DNA of 64,000 nt from Balanoglossus misakiensis (lineage: Eukaryota; Animalia; Hemichordata). The notes under the pieces are model-generated. The model was not told where the DNA came from. It made no database searches and was given only the letters and a program-made list of their open reading frames with translations. Location: NCBI GenBank assembly GCA_040954595.2, contig CM082583.2:13421864-13485863 (forward strand), written 5' to 3'. The translations under genes and the position numbers were made by a program. Of this stretch, positions 39,901 through 51,900 are shown in pieces (within the stretch, counting starts at the first letter, position 1; each line of letters opens with the position of its first letter).

Positions 39901-42900
39901 CTGAAAAACTTTTGCACTTCTACTTTTGTCATGAGAGTGGAACCAAACTTTATGGAAGACACAGACATTGATCCAGTTATTCATTACAGAAACCTTTTTC
40001 AATAAAAACAAGATCAGCAAGAGTTATTGGTATCTGGAACATCAGTCTTCTCATTGGTGAAAAGGAGTATGACTTCAGTATTGATAACATCAATATATTA
40101 CTGGTTGACACATGTGCCTATCACTAAGATATCGGTAGTGGAAAAGTTGGCAGTGTGGTCCAACGATACTTTAATGCATAATGACATTTGGCTGGACTTT
40201 TTCTCTCACATGGCTATTTATGTAAGCTAATCTCGCATAGGTGAGATTTTACATCTTTGAAGCTGTATCTGTTTGTGTCAGGAAATTTAGTAGAGGTAAA
40301 ATTTAATTGGTGGAGTTTAGTGTAGCGTGGTTGATTTCCTCGGTGCAGTTTACCTCTGACGTCAAGTTGTCATCACTCATTGAATGAGGATTATCAGTTT
40401 GAAAGGAACCTTTAGCGGGACTATACAAGTAGGCATCATGTGAGAGCCAGGCACCCACCACTGGGAACATGCCGCTCTTAGAAAGAAAAGCAGCCAAATG
40501 ACTAGTGTAACAAACCTCTGTAATTGACTTTTACACCAGGGAACACCGGCCACTTCTCAAATTTGAAAAGCACACATAACGGGAAAACCCCAAAGACTGA
40601 CAAAGAATTGAGCCAGGGATATGCAAAGACAAATTATCACTCTCCCAGTTGTAAGCATACAGATATTACAGTTGTAAATCTATGTTTTCAGGGGAAATAT
40701 ACTGGAAATTGTTTCCATTCAGCGGATCTCTTGGGGCTGTCTTGAAAATGATGATATATCAATGAGAAAATTAGCCTCTTTATGCTGTCATCAGGACTTA
40801 AGTTCAGCACTTAGAGTCATCAGATTGGAAATCCACTCGATTTACAGTTGCCAATCGCTGAGATTTATTTTATTCTCTTGTCATTGCAGGGAGAAAGAAA
40901 AGGCCGAAATTAAGGACAAGAAAGTCTTGGAAATCTTACAGATCAAAGACGACAGAATAAGTGAATTAGAGAAGGTATCTAAAATAGCCATTGATACATT
41001 GTTGTCATATAACTCTGTTGTGTGTGTTACCTCAGTGAGGCAGTCTCATCAGTGAAAACCACCTACATATATTTCCCAGGCATTTTAACAACTTGTTTGT
41101 TGAAAAAAAGGCAAGAATGACTGATGACTTGTCAAAATCTTACATTTGCTGCCACATTCTCTAATCAGGAGTTTTCCAGGTGTTGTCAGATTTTCTTCTT
41201 ATCTAAGATTACAAGAATGACAAATAGTGCAGCACTATGACTATATATAAACTTCCCTCTTGGCACTGTTTGGTGCCAAGTGTGCACTGCAGTTGCCATT
41301 TAACTCTGCCAGAGATCAGCACCAATGGCACTGTTGCTCCCACTCTGCTTATGGTGCTGTGATTGTGGCTCCTGCTTCCCAGTATGTTAGTGCAGTTTGC
41401 ATCACAGATGTCATTCTTGTCACTATGTTTGAGGTTCTTCTTGTCCACTGCAGTATAGATGATTCCTTTTATGTATTTTGTTTGGCCAGCGTGTCAGACA
41501 TGTGAAAACCACAGAGGCATATCATCTTGTGGTCAAATGAACAAAAAAAAATATGCACGTCAAAGGAACGTGTTAATCCATGTGTACTGCATTCACATGA
41601 CCTCTAAAGTGTCTGGTCTCTACCTTAAACTCTGAGAAGAAATTTAAGTTTTATATAAAATTCAAACATAAAGTGAAATGAAAACCATTAATTTCATTTT
41701 TTGCCTGTTCTGCAATGTTAATTGAAAGTGCACAGCACAGAAATTACACTTACACTTACACTTATCCCCAGAATCAGACTGATGTAATAAGTTGTGTATA
41801 CAAATTACTGAGTGTGAATTTTGTATCTTATTTGCATAATTAAATTTGTAGTCCTACAATTTTTATGCGACCTCTGTGTAGAATCAGATGGCAGGATGTA
41901 AACCATAGCAATATTCTTAGAAAGGTTGCATTTGTGCAAAATTCCTTCAAATGCCAGAACTGTCTGGAAATATTCCTGTAGATTAATTTGAGACCTTGTT
42001 GATAAAATATGCTTTCAACTATTATTATAACAGGCATTTCAAGAAATGCCTATGAAAATGTAAAATGAATATGCCTGACTCAGAGCACTTCTCCACAGGT
42101 CGAATTGTTTGGTGTTTTAACCTTTCGGCACTGCTCCTTTCATATTGAAAAATAAAAATGGTTGAAAAGAAATACAGCCCGTGGGTATCCATTTTGAAAG
42201 AGCAATTCCGGTCTTGCTCATAGCTGCATTAATACGAGTGTATGTTTCCGAGGGGAAAAAGAGATTCCATGTTGAGTATATGTGAATATTACTCTGTGTT
42301 TTGGCCCCAGAAGAACTCAATATCTATATATAACACCATGCAGAGTTGTGAGTCAGTGGATCTCTTGCTATCAAGACCTAGGTAGTGGCCATTCTTGATT
42401 GATACATGCCCTGAGGTGCTTTTTCAACAATCTCAATGTAATTTGGGTTGGCTCTCTGCTTGTCACATTTCCCAGGAGTCTTACTCTCTGAGAGCTTGTT
42501 TGTGTTGCCCAGATTGTTGATCAATGAGTTTACCATGCATGAAATCATCCTTCTATCAATGCATACATATTAAGAGATTGCATGACTTGCTCTGTCGACT
42601 CGCCTCGCTTTGCTTGATTTTTTTTTTCATCTTTCTCTGTGCTTCACCTCATCTCAGTCTGCCCCTTCAGTTGTCCCATCATGCATTTATTCCCATCCAT
42701 AATACAGCACTGCATGAAGATATAACTGTCTTTTAAGTCATATATTTCTGTGTGTATATAAATTTCATTTCAGTATGGGAGTAATAGATATTTCAGTAAA
42801 TTTCTTTCATATATTTTATATTTATCAAGTATGTTGTAAATGTACTACACCATGTATTACGATGAAATGTAGCACTTTACTGAGATGGCTTAACATACTT

Positions 42901-45900
42901 ACCTTGAAAGATTTGAGTACTATAAAAACTTATTTTACTCTCTCTGTTTTACATACAATGGAATTTTCTTGTTTCTCTCTACATTGTTACACGACCATCT
43001 CCCCAAGCTCATACAAAGTCAGACTTTGGACAATTGATCTTGACACATTGATATTTAGAAGTAGATTAGCCAGGACACCAGATTACCCTTGATACGACCA
43101 TCAGAAGCTGGGGAAATCAGATTGGTTTAATTTGGTTTGCTCCCAATTTTCCCAGGGAATTTACTAGTTGCTGTTTTACTGGTGAGGTGTTGGCCATCCT
43201 GGGATTAGGACGCTGACATGTCCGATGGGAGTCTGTGTGGGAGACAAGAGGAGCCATCTTTGTGACATCTTTCAGCCCCAATTAACCTCTAAAATTCACT
43301 GTCAATTTTCACTACAGCAGTGGAATGAAGAGTTTTTCCAAGCTTTTAATTTGCCTGAAGTTTGTTGAAGAATGAAATGCTGTGTAATTGAGAGGTTTCT
43401 CCTTAGAGGCCAGCGAATTAAAACCAATGTTTTGAAAGTTCAATTTACACGCGAGTCAAGTATAGCTAATACCTCAGGAAATCTATCAAGGAATAGTATC
43501 CATCCACCAAATTTTATTTTCCTAACTAAATGTTGCAGTTTTAGAGGCTCCTTTTGAAACATATTCATTAGTTTCAGTTTTATTGCTCCAATCATACATA
43601 TTGAAATATATATCATACACCAACAATACTGAATTTTGGCCATGTTTTGGTCACATATGAAGAATGGCAGTAAATGACACATGTGAGGATTAGTGGCAAA
43701 CTTCGAAAAAGAAAAAATGGGGATCACAATGTTGAACTTCACTGTATTGTATGATTTTACTCACTTAACCCTAGTTACCTGCTCTGCTCAAAGCATTGAT
43801 TTATATCTGTGTTTCGGAACACAGCTTAATTGATGTGTTTGGTCATTGCTAATCCAGATTGCAGACATATGTTGTTCAGTTTTACAGCACAAACCCATTG
43901 ACAATGGCTGTTGTAAGGTTAAGCTGAGATGAAGTTTCCGTTGATGTGAGAAAATGGAGTTTTTTGTCATGTTTTCCAATGACACTATTCACTCTGCACA
44001 GAATCAATGGTGCATTAAACACTTATAAAAGACATATTGTTTGGAAGTACACACTCAACTTTGTGCCTACTTCAAATCTCATGCATCTGAATAAGCTAAA
44101 CAAGTGTTAGGTTTCATGAGTTTTTGCCGTAATTCTGTCTTGTTTTTGTCTTCCAGGTGCTATCACAGCAACAACAAGAACTCAATGACTTTGTTGCCAG
44201 GTGGGTTTTTTTCCTCTATCGGTACAGAATTCTGAAAATAAGCTGAAAAGAATAATCCTTTCCAAACTGTTCTTTCCAGAACAGGGACCAAACAACTTTG
44301 ATTCTCTCCCTTTTAATGAAATTTTTATGAAATTATTTTGCTGTAGTATTAAAAATGGGTTAAAATAGAAAGCTGATAAGAAAACATTTTTACCCTGATT
44401 AGTGGATCTTAAAATTTCAAAACTTTCCTTAAAATATCCACAGCAGTTTGTGTTTTTGAGGCAGCTATGGCTTTGCATTCAGATGTATAGGCTAAGTAAC
44501 CTGATATGCATTGACCAGGTTTACTCCACACTCTTCAGTCAGCCATGCTTGGCCAACAGATTTTCTGACGGTTAATTAAAATTGGTTGACGGATTCATGC
44601 ACATAAAAAAACATGGGACAATATTTTAAGAGGCACTGCGTCAGTTTAATTTACATCGGCCCCAAATTCAGAGAGAAAGTCAGAAAGTCGTTTCTATTGT
44701 GCAAATTTAATTTGAAGACAAATTTGTGAGTGAAGCAGTTTTGCTCGGGGGCACTATTTTACTGATTAGCAGCTCACTGTTAAAAGCTCCGTTTATGAGT
44801 TAAACTCTTACTTTTTTCCACTCTCTGATAAAATAATTTATATGATAATAAAATTCAAATGCACAATCCAAATTGTGCCTCAGGATACAGCCTGGTCCCA
44901 TGCTTCATGTTTAAAATTGGTGTAATTTTAGGAAAGCTGTTATCGCGATGGTGTCTCAGAGACTCAGGACAAATGACACTTGGTTAAGTCAGAATGTAAA
45001 CTCTGCATGTGTATGCCTTCAAAACAATTGAAGTCAATTAGAGTTCAACTTTCCACCAAACTCATTCTGTATTTATGAAAATGATATCCTGAAATGATAA
45101 AAAAACATTTAAAGATGATTTAATTAAAAGAGTAGCTCAACAGATGAAAATGTTGACTACATGTGTCTTTCTGTCTTTTCCATCCGTTATGTGAATTGCA
45201 TTACATCATTGTACAAAGTGCCACCGTATACAGCACTGACTACATTTACTGCAACTACTGTGTCAAGATGAATTCCACCACACCACAAATCAGATCGCAC
45301 ATAAAAAATCATGACATGAAAAGCCAGTTGTTTCTGAGCCATTACAACACATATTCAGACATCTAAAGATTAAAACACGGTTCAGCTGTCAGCAGTTACC
45401 ATGGACATTTTTCAAACTGTTGTCCAAACTAAATACACTGACGGCTAGAAAATTAAATTGCAGTAGTTTCCCTATAACCAGTGCATATAATATTTTGATG
45501 TATGTTTTTCAATCAGCCGATGACTGTTTAGAGAAATGTAACCAGACATGTTCTTATTTAAGGACTTTCAACTATGAAATACGAATATGAGATGTAAATC
45601 ATGAAGTTTATATCAATATAAAAAGTATGAATTATTGCAATCATAGCTCTTTAACATACAGTAGTGCCTGTTTAGCTTGTCAGTGCTAAATTTCAAGACA
45701 AATGACATCACACATCGTTGATACCACATGATATGAAAGATATCACCAGCTTATATAACTTTGTCGAATCTTTATCTCTTCCAGAAAAATTGCTCTTGAT
45801 GGTGAGAAAGATGTCCTTGAGAAAGAAAACAGAGAGCTTCGTAGAAAAAGCAAATCATTGGAGGAATTGGTAAGCAAACCAATAAACACACTGCTGTGCT

Positions 45901-48900
45901 GTGGGCTTTGGGGGCAGTTTCCATGAAAATTGCAAACTTTATGACTTGCATGGATCAATCTCACCATTACAAGTTTATTACCTCAGTTTGGCTATGTGCA
46001 TATGGCAGGATTCCCATGGTAGATGTTTCTTCCAACTTGGCCTTGGTGGGCGTGTCTGATGTCCATGTATTGACTTATAATCAGTTGTTACCAAAGTCTT
46101 ACATATAGTCATTTCAATAATAAAACATATGGCTGTAGATATAAAGTTCAGTTGAAGACATGTTGAGCCTTTTTGACGTCATAAAGTTTGATGAAAAACA
46201 GAACTTTTTAATCTGCTTTTAGCACTGTCTTTTAATATTGATATGCTTGTCCATGACATGTCACCAGAATTTTCTCATGAGTATCGTAAAGTACAAATAA
46301 TGACAGGACACAAGAGCAAAAGTAAAGAGCTTTTTGGGAAATATTTCTGGCAATAAAAGGAATCCTGGTATACCTTTGAGATTATGTAGAAGTTATACCT
46401 TGTGAAGATGATTGCATTAGAAAATCACCCTCAGAAGAGTTCTCTGACCCAGATTGTGTTGGTACATGACCCATAGCATGTCAGCATCACAAAGCTCATA
46501 AAAAACATGACAGTAGATTGCCTTGTCATGTACTAGCCGTGCTGATGATGTGTATTGGGCAGACACATTAAGCGATCAGTCATTTTGCCTGGGCGTCACA
46601 TTGTTGTCGTAACGACTGTGATCTGCCTGGTGCCACGCTTCATCAGTTGGCCCCGGGGACTCATAGCAAGATCGGCAAAATCACTTCCACGTTGTCACAT
46701 TTCTCATGGTCTTATCTCCTCTTCTGCATGATCCGGTCGTTCAGCTGGAGTCCAGGGAATCAAGATTGAAAACCAACGAGGAATTGAATCGTCAGGTGAT
46801 TGATAACTTGGATCGTGATAAGCAAGGTGTGTAGTCAGAGAAATGCAGAGATAAAAGTACAATCTATTCAGATTTATTCCCTGTGTGAAGACCACTCCAT
46901 CATTTCCCAAAATGAATGCCTTGTTTTCATTTTACAGTTGCATTGTTCTACTTTTCAAAAAACATGTATATGATTACATTTTATGCAGATCTGACTAAAC
47001 GTGTTACAGAGCATTTGATTGAAGCTGATAAAGCCAAAGAAGAACTGGCCAAACTAAGATTAGCCAATGACAAATTGGATAACACAGTTAAGGTGAATAT
47101 ATAATAAGTAATGAGATGTGATTTTAAAACACTGCACACTGATTTGGGTTTTCACAACCGAAACTCATCATGTCAATATTTGTCACATAGCATGTGAAAA
47201 GACAAAACAAAAACAAAGAATAGTGAAATGAATGCTTCCATGCAAGAGTGACTATGCCAAATTTAATCAGCTTTCTATTAAGAAAATGACATTTTCAAGT
47301 TTTTATTGTCTACAAAGATTTTAGAAGATGACTTACATGATAGAAGACAGCGTTTTGATGCAATATCTAAAGAGGTTGGTCTAGTTTTCTACATTCTTTT
47401 ATTACTCTCGACATTTTTGCATGATTTTCATTTTTCTTCCAGTCATTCCTCTTTCTTCCATAACTTTCTTATTCCTAGTGATATCCCTCCTTACCTGCCA
47501 GTTTGATTTGTCACTAAAAGGAAAACACTCATCTTCAGTTGCATCACACTCATTTTGAAATGCGGTGTTGAAATCAGAAGTCTACCATGGTTTTGTTTCT
47601 CTCATAGCATGAAGAAGTATTGGCGCGATTTCAGGAACAAGAACGTCAAACCATGAAACAGGAAACAGAGGTCGATAACAGGGAAAGAGCATTGAACAGG
47701 TTAAGGTGAGAAAGTGACCATGTGAGTTGTAGGCTAGAACTGTGACTGTGAGGTGGGTCAGGCAGTAATGAGTGGAATAAGGGCAGTCATCTGTGCAGTG
47801 GGGCATTGACACAGTGGAATGGGATAGTGAGCATGCACTGTATGTGGATGTAGAGTGAGGCACAGACAGTAAGAAGCAGGATGATATGACAATTTGACGA
47901 ACGGTTGAACTGTGTCTGTATTGAGTCAAGAAACATGACTGTGGTGGAAGGATGAGTGGCAGCATTGGGTGAAAAAGTGACAGTAAATTGTGGAGAGGAG
48001 TTTTAATTGGACGGGGCCAGTACGTGTCAATGATGAGGTATGGGAGAGATGTACCCTGCAGGGATGGTGCAATCATAGTATAACTGGAGATTGGGGTGAA
48101 ATAATGATGGTGTGAATGTGGGTGAAATGGATGTAGGATTGGTCACATAGATGCTGGATGAAATCCTGTTGGGTGAAGGTGGATGCTGAGGTATCGGGTA
48201 GAATTGAGCAATTGCATTATGGGATGGGAAGGTGACAGTGAAGACTATGAGAAATTGCAGGATATAATATGTAGCAGCCATTATGGGTGTTGCAGGAGAA
48301 TTGTACTTTGTTACCAGCAGTTTTAATTTTAACATTTAGGCAGTTTTCATTTCAATGATAATTTCCACACATTAAAGAACTTAACTCACCTATGAAACAT
48401 TGGTGAAATGTTTCTATAGATTCCGAAATATCTATAAATTTGCTACAAATTTGTTGATTGTAACTTTTATGTAACTTCCATGTTTATCCTAACTTAATTC
48501 ACTGCAAAAAAATAGATTAAGAGGAAAGGACTTTCTTTCCTTGTGAATTCTCTGAAACTGTAGAGAGAAACTAACATGTGATGGGTCTGTAAGTTAGTAG
48601 CTTGCAGGTTTTACATTTCAACTTACTGCATATCACGTCAGATGAACAGGACATAGTAAAGAGACAGACAGAGGAAAACCGATTAAGAAGTGAACGAGAA
48701 ACTGCTGAAAGGAAAATGATACATTCGATATAGCTGAGAGCGGCTCACTAAAAGACTTTGAGTTGACATTTTCACTTCAATTCCCACTTTAAAATGCTGT
48801 AATACACTTTAAAAGTTGTGTCACTTTTGCCTGTAGCATCGGTATTCTATATCACTGCATCAGCTGCTGTTTACGGCAAAGCGGTCATATTCAGTGTAGG

Positions 48901-51900
48901 CGGGTGCAGCTGTAGGCTGCCATCTTTGAGAACCCCCAACATATTATGCAAATAGCCAATCAAGTATGCAAGTTGCTCACAAACAGCCTAGCACTTAGCG
49001 AGCAGCTTAGAGCTAGAATTAGACAGTGAGCATGATTTGACTTGGTGGGTAGCTAGCGGATGGCCTACAGGCTTAAATAAGGATTAAGTTTGGATTTTAA
49101 CTTAAGTAAATGGTTCCAATTGTGTAAAGGGGAGTGCATTCCATGTAGACAACTTGCCCATGGCTTGTGATTCTATCTCGCATCAGGTGTTGATGGGGAA
49201 ATCTAATTTACACCTTCAAAGTACACTGAGTATACACAGTCTAAAGAATGTCTTGTACCTCTCTGGTTTGATCTGATCTCAAAACTTAAAATTACCGAAC
49301 AAAAAGTTCCCTTTGCTATCAGTAACTTCCGTTCTTTCTTCCTTTCTATGTCAGATTTAGAAAACGTAATATGAGCTATCATGAGAAAATAAAATAACTA
49401 AACCAAAATAATGTCAAAAGTGAGAGACTTTGCCCCTTTGAACAGTGTTAAATAATACAACAAACTGAATAATTTCTTATATAAGGTACATGGCATTGTA
49501 TGATCTTACACAACAACTGTTGATATCAGTTCAGGTTAAAATACAAGTGCTTTTTTTCTTCAAATTTGTTTTCACAGGAAAGATTTATCAGAGATGAGAA
49601 GCCTACACAGTCAATGTGCTGGGCATGCAGCACAACAGACTGATTTGATAAGACAATTGCAGTCTCTTCAATTTGACACACAACAAGGTAAATAGCATCA
49701 TCTTTTTAACTTTCTTAGTAAGTGTTGCTTTGGTTGCTGTGAAACTTTAACTTTTATGAAATCTTACATTTCTGTCTATTTTATATTTTTAAGCAAAATG
49801 TTTGAGATTTTACAACAATGTGACCATGATTATTTTTTTTTATGACAGTCATGAAAAATCAGGAAGAAGCCCACACAATGGAAGCATCATCACTTCAAGC
49901 TGTAAGTTTCTTGTTACATTTGTTTCAAGACAAGTGGATCAATTCTACTCCTTTGCTGCACTTGTATGTTTTTCTGATGAACCACTTCTTTGAGATTCAG
50001 ATCAAGTTTCAGTCAAGCTTTGAACTTGTATGTATATATCTCACATTGAGGTTGAAATTCAGTGGTTACTTGAACCACACAGAGTCGGTCCAACAAGTGC
50101 ATGGTGTTTGGTCAAGTAATTTTGTTTTCCTTTTTATATGGGACTTGGTTTGAAACTTTTTATCTCAAAACACTTTCTTGTTTGCAGATGTATGCAGACC
50201 TGAACTCCAGATACCAAATTATCAAACAAGCTTTGGAAAAGGCAGAGAGGGTGATGACTAGTATGCCAGAAAAATCAACAGGATTACAAGTGAACTTGGC
50301 ACCATGGGATGCAGTAAGTCATGTGACATTACCATATAAGGCATCAAAGCTTTGATGGGTGTCTCTGACATCACAGCAAACAACATAATCAATGTCTTAT
50401 ATCTTAGCATACCATACAATGAATGGATGTGGAATGATGCATTGTCAAATGTCTCATTTCTTCGCTGTAATGTCAAGAAATCAACGTCAACTCATGTTAA
50501 TGTCACTCTATGCATTATCCAGAATGTTTAGTCGAGTCTCATCTCCAGACACGAAAGCCAAGGTCAAGTTCTTCAATGTGCCTAAAGGGCTGCAGTGCAG
50601 TAACACTTTATTACAAGAGAAACACTCTGTTTTAAAAATCCTTTAATAAAATTCTTGTCCATCCTTGCAGCTAGCAAATTGAGCAGGGTTTGTTGACATC
50701 TAATTGTATCAGAAGGTCCCACACCTCTATGACTAGCCCTATGACATGTTTTTTTTGTAGGAGATACAGGCATGTGAGAGTTGTATTATCAGCGAGTGCA
50801 AGATTTCAAGCTTACAGACAGAAATTGATCTCCTTAAAGATAGACTCAAAGAAAAATCAAGGTACAGTAAAAGTTTGTAGTCATATTTAGTATTTGTACC
50901 ATAAGCTGTGAATGCAATACTTGACTCATAGCAATATGTAGTAGAATCGATCTATCATTTTTGCAAACATTTAAATAATTTAGCAATAAAACACCCCCAG
51001 GGGAAGATATACCACAAGAATTTGACCAGTTCATGACATATATGCACAAGCCTCAGTGAGTGAGTACACAGAGTTGAACTGGTATGCCATCTCTGGGGGT
51101 GTTTTATTGCTATTACATTATGCCAGTACATGTATATTGATTATTTATTCAACCATTGAAAACACAGAGCCATATTCACAAATGATTGTTTTTAACCTTC
51201 TAGATTGATTTATACTCTGGATAAAGAAGGAGGTGAAAAAGAACAAGACACTTCAGCTGCAGTCAGTAAACAAGTAATGAAAACCCTCTTATGTGACTTA
51301 GGATCTCCAATCAACTATTTGTTTCAAAAATGTACAAATGTAAATGTATTGTTGATGTAAACTACAGTGTAGTGGACCCTGGCGACTGCCGCCATGGGGC
51401 AAAAAAGAGAAATGCAGCTGTAATAGAAAGTTCAAAAAGATCTGTTTAGGAAAGCTTACAGTGTGGAAAAAATCTACATCAGATGTTTAAATGATGGTTT
51501 AATCACGGTCCCTTCGCACAACTGTGGTTTAATTTTGACAGATTATTGTGTTTTATGCTTGTAGGTCTTTTGAAGTGTTTGCACCTGTGTTCTATGCCCT
51601 TAACAACCAAAGTTTGACTATTTAACACAATTTTGGCAAATGTACCCGAACACTATCCATTTATGAAGTCATCATCATTAGTTTAAGCACACTGAGTGGT
51701 GTGTACCAAATTGCCCTGAATTCTTGTTTGATGGCAGAACAGGAAGAGCAGGTGTTCAAACTGTTTGTGCCCAAGGGCATGATGGGAGAGTGATAGGTCA
51801 GAGGTCACTTGCGTATCCATTTCAGTCAGCCTGATAATAAGTGTGGTGTTGTTAACAGGAGATTTTGCGACAATCACCAGTCCACATTCTGCAAATGAAT

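Noticed and set aside
46536-46686. Hammerhead ribozyme or telomerase RNA identity for the intronic structure
   Set aside because: CTGATGA is present but lies within the stem and no matching GAAA core is positioned correctly; no CTAACCCT template was seen nearby.
47582-48335. 164-aa and 102-aa minus-strand ORFs
   Set aside because: They result from compositional skew in CNTLN intron 10 and from overlap with exon 10; no domain or splice support.
48711-48773. Possible C/D-box snoRNA (GAAAATG...CATTTTC terminal stem)
   Set aside because: No canonical C box (RTGATGA) and no terminal CTGA D box.
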